A stretch of DNA of 64,000 nt from Candidatus Latescibacterota bacterium (GTDB lineage Bacteria > Latescibacterota > UBA2968), in contig OZ241986.1 of NCBI GenBank assembly GCA_965204375.1, forward strand, positions 1-64,000, given 5' to 3'. Under the pieces are notes generated by a model, which did not search any database, was not told the DNA's origin, and saw only the letters and a program-made list of their open reading frames with translations. The translations under genes were made by a program, and so were the position numbers. Below, piece by piece: positions 56,270-64,000 of this stretch (within the stretch, counting starts at the first letter, position 1; each line of letters opens with the position of its first letter).

Positions 56270-57601
56270 ATGGGTAGTGTTGAACCTGTGGATTTGCGCG
56301 ATGTTCGCAAGCAGGATTTGAATCACGTATGGCATCCTTTGATGCAGTATGAGGGCAGGAGCGAAGACGACCTGCTCGTTATTGTGTCGGCAGATGGATG
56401 TGAGATCACGGATTCGGACGGGAAAACATATCTCGATGCGTATGGCGGGATATGGAATGTCAATGTGGGGTATGGCCGGGATGAGATTGTCGAAGCTGTG
56501 TATGAACAGATGAAGACACTCCCGTTTTATCCCATGACGCAGATCAATGTGCCTGCGGCGCAACTCGCTGCGCGGTTGGCTGAATTGTCACCGGGCGATC
56601 TCAATCATTTCTATTTTGTGAATAGCGGTTCAGAGGCTAATGAAACCGCGATTAAAGTTGCGAGACAATATGGCAGAGCGACGCATCCGGGCGAGAGTCG
56701 CTTTAAAATTATCTGCCGGTATAAGGGCTATCACGGCTTTACGATGGGATCTATGTCTGCGACCGGGCAGGTGAGGCGGCGAGCGCCGTTTGAACCTCTG
56801 GCGCCGGGATTTATCCACGTTGAGTTGCCCACTGCCAATGCCCATGGGGCGGATGAGATCGCGCGGGTTATCGAACGCGAGGGGCCCGATACGGTCGCGG
56901 CTGTTCTTGCGGAACCCGTTGTTGGCGGCGGTGGCGTGCATGTCCCGCCAGACGATTATTTTCCCGCTCTGCGCGAGGTGTGCGACTACTATGGTTGTTT
57001 GCTGATGTTTGATGAGGTGATTACTGGGTTTGGGCGGACCGGGAAATTGTTCGCTGCCGAGCACTGGGATGTTGTGCCCGATGTGATGACGATTGCCAAG
57101 GGCGTGTCGAGCGGGTACCTGCCGCTGGGTGCATGTGCTGTTACTGAAAAGGTCTGGTCGGCATTTTTGGGAGGGGCGGATGAAGGAAAGGAATTTGCTC
57201 AGGTTTCCACGTATGGCGGGCATCCGGCATGTTGTGCCGCGGCGCTGGCGAATATCGAAATTCTGACTCGGGAACGGCTGTGGGAAAATTCGGAGACTGT
57301 GGGGGCGTACTTGTTGGCGCGGCTCAAAGATATGTCATCGCCTTTGATCAAAGAAGTTAGAGGGCTGGGGCTTATGCTCGCGGTTGAGCTTCAAAATGAA
57401 GATGGGACGGAACTGGATGGCGAGAGGACAAAAAAGTTTGGTAGTGCGCTTCGAGACGCGGGTGTGATTACCGGGAAGATGAGTCATGTTATGGTCGGGT
57501 CGGAGCCTGTTTTTACACTGGCACCACCCCTGATTTTAACTGAGGAGCAAGCCGATCGAATAGCTGGTGCTTTTGTGACTGCGTTGCGGGCTATAAGCTG
57601 A
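56270..57601 (+). CDS. Class III PLP-dependent aminotransferase
   Basis: SGSEANE, YHG, DEVITGFGRTG, AKG, TYGGHP. Confidence 0.95.
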   Translation: MGSVEPVDLRDVRKQDLNHVWHPLMQYEGRSEDDLLVIVSADGCEITDSDGKTYLDAYGGIWNVNVGYGRDEIVEAVYEQMKTLPFYPMTQINVPAAQLAARLAELSPGDLNHFYFVNSGSEANETAIKVARQYGRATHPGESRFKIICRYKGYHGFTMGSMSATGQVRRRAPFEPLAPGFIHVELPTANAHGADEIARVIEREGPDTVAAVLAEPVVGGGGVHVPPDDYFPALREVCDYYGCLLMFDEVITGFGRTGKLFAAEHWDVVPDVMTIAKGVSSGYLPLGACAVTEKVWSAFLGGADEGKEFAQVSTYGGHPACCAAALANIEILTRERLWENSETVGAYLLARLKDMSSPLIKEVRGLGLMLAVELQNEDGTELDGERTKKFGSALRDAGVITGKMSHVMVGSEPVFTLAPPLILTEEQADRIAGAFVTALRAIS

Positions 57602-57623
57602 GTTGGTAAAAAAGGAAACCGCG

Positions 57624-58091
57624 ATGATCAATGCGACCCTGTGCTATGTCAAAAATGGCAATAAAACGCTGATGCTGCACCGAGTGAAAAAAGAGAATGA
57701 CATACACGAGGGCAAATGGAATGGCCTGGGTGGCAAAATGGAAGCGGGCGAGACGCCTGAGGAATGCGTGATCCGAGAGGTGCGCGAAGAGAGTGGTCTG
57801 CAGATTCAAAAACCCGCTTTAAGAGGTGTGCTCACTTTTCCAAAATTTGATGGGGTCAATGATTGGTTGGCTTTTGTGTTTACTGCGGAGAGTTTTACGG
57901 GTGAGTTGATCGACTCGAGTGAAGGTGTCCTGAAATGGATTGACGACTCAGAACTGCTCGACCTCAACCTTTGGGAAGGCGACAAAATTTTTCTGAAGTG
58001 GTTACACCAGGATGCGTTTTTTTCGGGTAAATTTACGTATGAAAACAAGCAGTTGATCGATCACGATGTTGTGTTTCACACATTTATTTAA
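57624..58091 (+). CDS. NUDIX hydrolase (MutT/MTH1-like 8-oxo-dGTPase)
   Basis: Nudix box GGKMEAGETPEECVIREVREESG; WNG and WEGD motifs. Confidence 0.9.
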   Translation: MINATLCYVKNGNKTLMLHRVKKENDIHEGKWNGLGGKMEAGETPEECVIREVREESGLQIQKPALRGVLTFPKFDGVNDWLAFVFTAESFTGELIDSSEGVLKWIDDSELLDLNLWEGDKIFLKWLHQDAFFSGKFTYENKQLIDHDVVFHTFI

Positions 58092-58941
58092 CTTTTTCTA
58101 AAATCCGCCGCAGATAATCCGCGTCTTCTTTTGCCCATACTTCCAAATTTGGAGGCGATGTTTGCGCGTAACCGACTTGACGGATGATGGTTTCGTCAAA
58201 TTTGTATTCGGTGTGGACGGATAGGGGTCCATCAAATCCCATCTCGTGCAATAGCCCCAGACAGCGATGCCAATCTACGCATCCTTCTCCTGCTTTTGTG
58301 AAGCAGGGACGATAGCGCGGTGTTTGATCTTCCGGTTGCGGCAGATAATACGCATCTTTAATTCCCACGACTGAGATATAATCCCGAATCATCGCCAATC
58401 CCATTGCCCAGTCTTCTCCATCCAGTAAGAGATGTCCGAAATCGGGGTATGCGCCTACGTATTGTGGGTCAAAGCCTTTGATGAGGTGCATCAATCCCGC
58501 GCAGTTGCTTCCCAGACAAGGCCCACTGTGAATCTGATAGCAGGTCTGAACGCCGTATTTTTCACTCAGGCGTACAATTTTTTCCAGATCTCTCCGCGCT
58601 GTATCCACAACCTGCCAGTAATCATCGCCGGGCTGATATTTCCAGAATCCGATTTTGAGACGGGGTATTTCGGCTTCGGCGCAGGCGGTATAGTAATTTT
58701 CTATTTCTGGTGATTCTGGATCTACGAGTGTCACGGGCGCGGTTATCATGGGGCAGATCAGGTCCTGACTGCGCCAGATTTCCGCCGCTTTGGGCAATGC
58801 CCCAATCACATTGTCTGCGTGAATGGGATGGCCCGGACGCACGCACAGGTCAATGCCGTCATAGCCCAGTTCTATCGCTTTTTCGCCGAGTTCGGGCACG
58901 GAATACTGGGCGAAAAATTTGGAGTTGATAATGAGTTCCAT
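58084..58941 (-). CDS. Sugar phosphate isomerase/epimerase (xylose isomerase-like TIM barrel)
   Basis: GYDGIDLCVRPG, DFGH, IKD, GFDGPLSVHTEY. Confidence 0.85.
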   Translation of the reverse strand: MELIINSKFFAQYSVPELGEKAIELGYDGIDLCVRPGHPIHADNVIGALPKAAEIWRSQDLICPMITAPVTLVDPESPEIENYYTACAEAEIPRLKIGFWKYQPGDDYWQVVDTARRDLEKIVRLSEKYGVQTCYQIHSGPCLGSNCAGLMHLIKGFDPQYVGAYPDFGHLLLDGEDWAMGLAMIRDYISVVGIKDAYYLPQPEDQTPRYRPCFTKAGEGCVDWHRCLGLLHEMGFDGPLSVHTEYKFDETIIRQVGYAQTSPPNLEVWAKEDADYLRRILEKVK

Positions 58942-58958
58942 CTGAATGGTTCCTTATT

Positions 58959-60416
58959 CTATATGGGAAAATCGTAAGTTTCATCGCCCAGGCCGTAGGG
59001 CTTGAGGGAAATTTTGAGGATTCGCCTTGAGGGCCAGAGGGGCGCGACGAGTTGCGATTCCCATTCTGTGAGTGCTTGTTCTAATTCTTTTACAACCTGC
59101 GGATTTTCTTTGGAGAGGTCTGTGTGTTCTCCAATGTCGGTTTTCAGATCAAATAAGAGGGTTCTTTTGCCGTTCAGATTGATATATTTCCATTTCCCCT
59201 TTCGCATCCCCTTATTTGGGCCCGATCGCCAAAAAAGTGCGTCGTGAGGCTGGGTATCTGTCTCTCCCGTGAGAAATGGCACGAGATTGACGCCATCAAT
59301 CGCGTGATCGAGTTTCGCGCCGGCAAGACCAACTGCTGTTGCGAATATGTCGAGTGATGAGACGGGGGCTTCAACGACTTTGCCTGCGGGAAAATGTCCG
59401 GGCCATTGCACCATGAACGGTACCCGCAGCCCGCCCTCAAACGGCAATATTTTTCCTGCATTTAAGGGATCGTTATAACAGGCCTGGATGTAGTTGGCAC
59501 ACCCGTTGTCGCTCAAAAAAAATACAATGGTATTTTCTTCGATGTCGAGGTCTTTCAACTTTTGCAAGACGGCGCCTACACTGTCGTCAACGGCGCTGAC
59601 CATGGCCGAATAGATGCGTTTTTTTTCGTCCTTTATTTGTGGGAAACGGTTGTAATATTTGTCAGTTGCTTGCAACGGCGTGTGGGGCGCATTGTGAGCC
59701 AAATACAAAAAGAAGGGTTTATCTGCGTTTTGATCGATAAAGCTCAGGGCTTCTCGCGTGAAGGCATCTGGCAAATACGCCGCTTCTTGAACTGTTTCGG
59801 TGTTTCGATAAATCTGATGATGTGGACCGCGTTTTTTCAGGTTTAACCTGCGCCGTTCGCCATCTGTTCTGATCACCGTGTGTGTGTCCGGTCTGAGAGG
59901 CGGTTCTACATAGCTGTTTTCACCGTGAAGAAATCCGAAGTACGAATCAAATCCCCGATTGGTTGGCAAGAATTGCGCTTGTGAACCCAGGTGCCACTTG
60001 CCGACCATGCCGGTTGTATATCCCGCGGTTTTTAGCACCTCTGATAGGGTGATTTCCGAAGTTGGCAAACCGAGTCCTTCGCGATGCGCCCGCGCCGCGC
60101 CACCGGCATTGTATTCATGTCCAAAGCGTTGCTGATATCGGCCCGTGAGTAATCCAGCCCGCGACGGACTGCACAGAGGTGCAGTGACATACCCGTCGGT
60201 GAATTTGATACCCTGTTTTGCGAGCGAAGATATATTGGGTGTGGAGACTTCGGGGCGTCCATAGCAGCACACATCGCCATATCCCAGATCATCTGCGAGG
60301 ATCACGATGATATTGGGGCGTTTGTTTGCCAACTGTTCTTGCCCGCGCAATGCACCCGGTATTATCAGACCCGCCGCGCCCGCACCCGCAAGTGCCATAA
60401 AATTTCGACGATCCAT
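58959..60416 (-). CDS. Tat-exported sulfatase
   Basis: MDRRNF twin-arginine signal; ADDLGYGD, CSPSR, GKWHLG, SDNG. Confidence 0.93.
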   Translation of the reverse strand: MDRRNFMALAGAGAAGLIIPGALRGQEQLANKRPNIIVILADDLGYGDVCCYGRPEVSTPNISSLAKQGIKFTDGYVTAPLCSPSRAGLLTGRYQQRFGHEYNAGGAARAHREGLGLPTSEITLSEVLKTAGYTTGMVGKWHLGSQAQFLPTNRGFDSYFGFLHGENSYVEPPLRPDTHTVIRTDGERRRLNLKKRGPHHQIYRNTETVQEAAYLPDAFTREALSFIDQNADKPFFLYLAHNAPHTPLQATDKYYNRFPQIKDEKKRIYSAMVSAVDDSVGAVLQKLKDLDIEENTIVFFLSDNGCANYIQACYNDPLNAGKILPFEGGLRVPFMVQWPGHFPAGKVVEAPVSSLDIFATAVGLAGAKLDHAIDGVNLVPFLTGETDTQPHDALFWRSGPNKGMRKGKWKYINLNGKRTLLFDLKTDIGEHTDLSKENPQVVKELEQALTEWESQLVAPLWPSRRILKISLKPYGLGDETYDFPI

Positions 60417-60555
60417 ATTGTCAGTATCTGTTTTTTTAAAAAAATGGAAATGCGCGATCAACTTTCGGATATCAGAACCGGTTTGATTTCTGACCACTGA
60501 CTCATTATACTGCTTATGTGGGCTGTTCGGTAGTTAAAACGACGGGGAAAATGAT

Positions 60556-61371
60556 ATGAAGACGTTGACAAAAAAAGATGTTGAGGCTTTCAGGGGGCGG
60601 GGATACCACATTGCGCGGGGCGTGTTTGATGGGGATGAGATTGCGCGTTTGCGTGAGGGGTATGATTATATTCTCGAATTGGCAGCGAGGACAGATCTTC
60701 CCGATGCAATTCTTCAGGGCAAAGACCGCGAAGTGCATATTCACTTGCAGACACCCGGGCCGATGGTTGGTCCAGGGGCGGTTCAGTATCTGCGAAAAGT
60801 CCAGTGGCCTTCTCTTATTCACCCCGCGTTTGAGGAGATTCGGAATAGTGCGAAGTTTCCCGCGCTGTTAGAGCCGTTGATCGGTACGTCGTTGAAGCAG
60901 TATATCAATCAGATTAATTTCAAGATGCCTGGTGGGGATATTCAGTTTCCGTGGCATCAGGATATCCGCCCTACACCCGCGTTTCGCGATCAGGTGAATA
61001 ATTATGTGCAGACTATTATTGTGGTGGATGAGGCGACTGTTGCCAATGGCTGTTTGCACATTGTTCCCGGTAGTCATAAGTTGGGAAATTTGAAGGTGAC
61101 GCGGTATGCAAAGGGAGAAGTTGAAGATCAGGTGGATGTGTCGTCGGCTGTGCCGTGTGAGGCAATGCCGGGTGATGTGGTGATGTTCACGTCTTATACG
61201 GTTCACGGCTCGGTACCAAATACGACGGATAAGCCGCGGCGTTCGTATATCAATGGTTTTGTTCGCGCTTCGGCGTGTGATGTGGGAAAGTGGGCATTTC
61301 TGGAAGGGAAACCCGTTCCGATTACGAGTGACCGCGATTATCACGAGATTCGCTATGGGGCTGCAGGATAA
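60556..61371 (+). CDS. Phytanoyl-CoA dioxygenase (PhyH) family protein
   Basis: WHQD, NGCL..VPGSH, HGS..N....RR. Confidence 0.9.
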   Translation: MKTLTKKDVEAFRGRGYHIARGVFDGDEIARLREGYDYILELAARTDLPDAILQGKDREVHIHLQTPGPMVGPGAVQYLRKVQWPSLIHPAFEEIRNSAKFPALLEPLIGTSLKQYINQINFKMPGGDIQFPWHQDIRPTPAFRDQVNNYVQTIIVVDEATVANGCLHIVPGSHKLGNLKVTRYAKGEVEDQVDVSSAVPCEAMPGDVVMFTSYTVHGSVPNTTDKPRRSYINGFVRASACDVGKWAFLEGKPVPITSDRDYHEIRYGAAG

Positions 61372-61388
61372 ATCAAAAGAGGTTCACA

Positions 61389-62705
61389 ATGCGTACAGCA
61401 AAAGCTGGTTGGGCGCAGTTTGATTCAACGCCGCCGCTGGGGTTGCCAATGGGCGGGCGGGGTCCGCGGTTTTCGCCCGGGTCTGAGGTGCTCGATCCTC
61501 TGGTCGCGCAGGCGGTTGTTATTGAGGACCAAAAGGGCTATCGCACGGTCTGGATTTCGATTGATATGATTGGGATGACATGGCATGTGACGAGTCGTTT
61601 GCGCGGCGAGTTGGCTGCGATAGTGGGTATTCCTTTTGAAGCGATTATTGTCAATTTTTCACATACGCACAGCGGGCCGATGTCCGGGTTTGAAGGGTAT
61701 GCGACGACTGTGGCTAAACCAGCTGAACTCGAGGCTTATGAAGCTGATTTGTTGTCTCGCACGGTGAAGATGGTGGTCGAGGCCATTGAGAATATGCGAG
61801 AAGTCTCTGTTTGCGTGTATCGCGGGACGTCTGAGATTGGGATTAACAGACGCGGGCGGGGTGCCGATGGCAGTATGGGGATGAGGCCAAATCCGGATGG
61901 ATATATGAATCGGGATCTCTGGGTGCTGGATCTCGCCGCAGAAGACGGTCGTTGTGTGCTGTTTAACTATGGATGCCATCCTGTGATGGTTTACGGTTTT
62001 GCCTGGGATGGCATTTCTGCTGATTTTCCCGGGGTGTGTCGCAATCGGTTGGTCGAATCTCTCGGGCCGAATACCCACGCGCAGTTTATTCAGGGGCTTG
62101 CCGGCAATATTCGACCGCGCCGCCTCGCGGGGGCAGACGCATTTCGCAAATCTACGCCAGAGGATGTTGTTGCGACGGGTGCTCAACTCGCGGATGATGT
62201 TCTCTCGGCTATGGATGCGGACGGTGAATTGTTGGAATTGGATCTCAATTGCGTTTCGGGATTTGCGCTGGCTCCTCGTGACCGTGATGCGATTCCGCCC
62301 CTTGCCCACTGGGAAGCACTTGCCAATGGCGAGGCAGAACTGGAGCAAAATCTCGGCGCGTACTGGGTCGGGCGTTTGGGGTCTGGCATACCTCCGGCGC
62401 GTTTTTTGCCCTGGGCGGTGGGGCTTATTCGCCTGACGGGGGAACACACCATCGCGTGGCTTGGCAACGAGGTTGTTGCCGAGTGGCTTCCCTTGCTGAG
62501 AACTTATCTCAATGATCCGAATCTCGTTGCCTGGGGATATTGTCAGGATGGGCGCAATTACATGCCGACAGACGCGCTTATTCCCGAAGGTGGGTACGAG
62601 GTTGATAGCGCGAATGCGTACACCAAAGCTGGTCCCGGTCCGTTTCAGATTGGTATTAATGAAGTGACCGAGAAGACATTTCTCGAACTGGCCGGACGGC
62701 TGTGA
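61389..62705 (+). CDS. Neutral/alkaline ceramidase-like hydrolase
   Basis: SHTHSGP, INRR, NYGCHP, ISADFPG, Y.P....EGGYE. Confidence 0.8.
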   Translation: MRTAKAGWAQFDSTPPLGLPMGGRGPRFSPGSEVLDPLVAQAVVIEDQKGYRTVWISIDMIGMTWHVTSRLRGELAAIVGIPFEAIIVNFSHTHSGPMSGFEGYATTVAKPAELEAYEADLLSRTVKMVVEAIENMREVSVCVYRGTSEIGINRRGRGADGSMGMRPNPDGYMNRDLWVLDLAAEDGRCVLFNYGCHPVMVYGFAWDGISADFPGVCRNRLVESLGPNTHAQFIQGLAGNIRPRRLAGADAFRKSTPEDVVATGAQLADDVLSAMDADGELLELDLNCVSGFALAPRDRDAIPPLAHWEALANGEAELEQNLGAYWVGRLGSGIPPARFLPWAVGLIRLTGEHTIAWLGNEVVAEWLPLLRTYLNDPNLVAWGYCQDGRNYMPTDALIPEGGYEVDSANAYTKAGPGPFQIGINEVTEKTFLELAGRL

Positions 62706-62708
62706 CGG

Positions 62709-63800
62709 TTAGTTTTGATTCGTTCGCCTGCCTCGTCCGCGGCGACGCTGTTCACGCCACCGTTGGTATGCTTCTTCGTCAAACTCGATAACGGGGACCT
62801 GTCCTTGCCAGGCCTCGGCAATGATGGGCATAATGCGCGATGTCGCCAATTGGAAATCCCGTCCAAAAGGTCTCGGGTTTGGGAACCATTTCCACAGGAG
62901 AGCGCCTGCAATGCGCGGTTCGTTTTCAATGGCTTCGAGCGCGATGCGCCAGCACATTTCCTGTAAGGGGCGCGCGCCATCGTCATCCACGCGATATGTC
63001 CACGGTTCTGACGCGGCTTTATAAGATTGGTTGTATCCCAATTCGGTAAATACGATGTTGCGATTCATTTTTACAGCATAAGTTCGCAGTTCTTTTATTA
63101 GGCGATCCCATCCATTGCGCAGGTCGGCCTCTGTGGGATTTTGATTTTTTGTTATCGGAAAATAGCCCTGAATACCGATTACATCCAGGGCATCCCAGAA
63201 TGGCACGCGCGTGTAATCCGTCCAATTCGCCGCATAGGTGATCCGCCCTTTATACACTTTTCGCACATCTGCAATCAGGGCACGCCATTCGGCTTCATGA
63301 TGCAGGGTTTTGTCCAATTCTGTTCCTATGACAAATGCATCGGCGTCTTTGCAGGCTTCGGCCACAGCCAAAATCCAGGCGCGGTAATCTGCCCAAAAGC
63401 GCGTCCATTCTTCCTCAGAGCGAAACGCAATTTCGCCCCGCCACTCAAATCCCGACCGCCAGTATGCCAGATGGGGCTTGATGCAAATTTTCAATCCCCG
63501 TTTGTGTGCTTCTACAATTGGCCGCGTCCAGTGCGCGGGAGCCAAATCACCGGCTCCTTCAAACCGCCTCACCCTGACCGATCCGTCCTGCGAAATGCCC
63601 GCGTAGGGATGGGTCGCCACCCAGTTTGCCCCCAGAATTTTAATATCTCGTAGCGTTGAAACCATTTCGTCACTCGCCCAGTCTCGCCCACCCCCGTGTG
63701 TTGAAATGGTAATTCCCTGCATTGGCATTTTATCGTCAAATGCATGGGATTCAAATGCGTTACATAAACTGAAAAATAGAATGATGCAATAACGGGACAT
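62709..63800 (-). CDS. Glycoside hydrolase family 113-like protein
   Basis: Signal peptide; KPHL, WRG, IGTE, TYAANW, FWDALD.IG, FTELGY. Confidence 0.8.
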   Translation of the reverse strand: MSRYCIILFFSLCNAFESHAFDDKMPMQGITISTHGGGRDWASDEMVSTLRDIKILGANWVATHPYAGISQDGSVRVRRFEGAGDLAPAHWTRPIVEAHKRGLKICIKPHLAYWRSGFEWRGEIAFRSEEEWTRFWADYRAWILAVAEACKDADAFVIGTELDKTLHHEAEWRALIADVRKVYKGRITYAANWTDYTRVPFWDALDVIGIQGYFPITKNQNPTEADLRNGWDRLIKELRTYAVKMNRNIVFTELGYNQSYKAASEPWTYRVDDDGARPLQEMCWRIALEAIENEPRIAGALLWKWFPNPRPFGRDFQLATSRIMPIIAEAWQGQVPVIEFDEEAYQRWREQRRRGRGRRTNQN

Positions 63801-63817
63801 AGTGGTGTCCTTTACGC

Positions 63818-63843
63818 AAAAAAGGCGCAGTGCAAACTGCGCC
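63818..63843 (-). terminator. Intrinsic terminator downstream of gltD
   Basis: GGCGCAGT-GCAA-ACTGCGCC stem with a U-run on the minus strand. Confidence 0.75.
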
Positions 63844-63865
63844 CTCCCGTGTGGTCTGATTCGTT

Positions 63866-63905
63866 TTTATCCTGCTCATCCTTAAATCCTGAAAATCCTG
63901 ATCCT
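63866..63905. repeat. ATCCTG-type short intergenic repeat
   Basis: ATCCTGCTCATCCTTAAATCCTGAAAATCCTGATCC, about 9-nt period. Confidence 0.55.
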
Positions 63906-63908
63906 TTT

Positions 63909-64000
63909 TTACGGCAGGTCGGTCGATCCCATGAGGTAGCGATCTGCTTCGCGGGCAGCACCGCGACCTTCTGCGAAGGCAAAGACAACGAGGCTCATGC
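63909..64000 (-). CDS. gltD: Glutamate synthase small subunit, C-terminal end
   Basis: Translates ...SLVVFAFAEGRGAAREADRYLMGSTDLP*. Confidence 0.85.
   Translation of the reverse strand, partial: MSLVVFAFAEGRGAAREADRYLMGSTDLP

Overview
64-kb bacterial chromosomal window, mostly about 50% GC by eye. The gene content (sulfatases, PhyH, DUF6785-like membrane protein, many toxin-antitoxin genes) suggests an FCB/Latescibacterota- or Poribacteria-like organism; this is inference only. A housekeeping backbone (aroA, dnaE, rodA-mrdA-mreD, mltD, mtnA, rsfS, carA, pyrC, parE/parC, gltD end) is interrupted by three defence regions. (1) 1-6.1 kb: the start of a type I-B-like cas operon (cas6, CxxC-CxxC cas8) and a WYL regulator. 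These are embedded in a stack of antitoxin-like genes whose toxins are reduced to few-codon scars, together with two decayed extra copies of the WYL 3' end, palindromic operators and one CRISPR-repeat-like ATTGAAAC motif. (2) 22.7-34.3 kb: a MADS/DndFGH-like three-gene effector module (NERD-kinase-kinase-ATPase; unknown protein; nuclease-HerA ATPase). It has no methyltransferase or specificity genes at the locus, is led by an orphan FitA-like antitoxin and is bounded by relBE. (3) 52.7-56.2 kb: a fused DUF4160-DUF2442 gene, an intact methyltransferase and an AvaI/BsoBI-family endonuclease broken by one in-frame TAA, again led by an orphan antitoxin-like gene. No CRISPR array, rRNA, tRNA, integrase or transposase was recognised. 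All family assignments come from motif recognition, not database searches.
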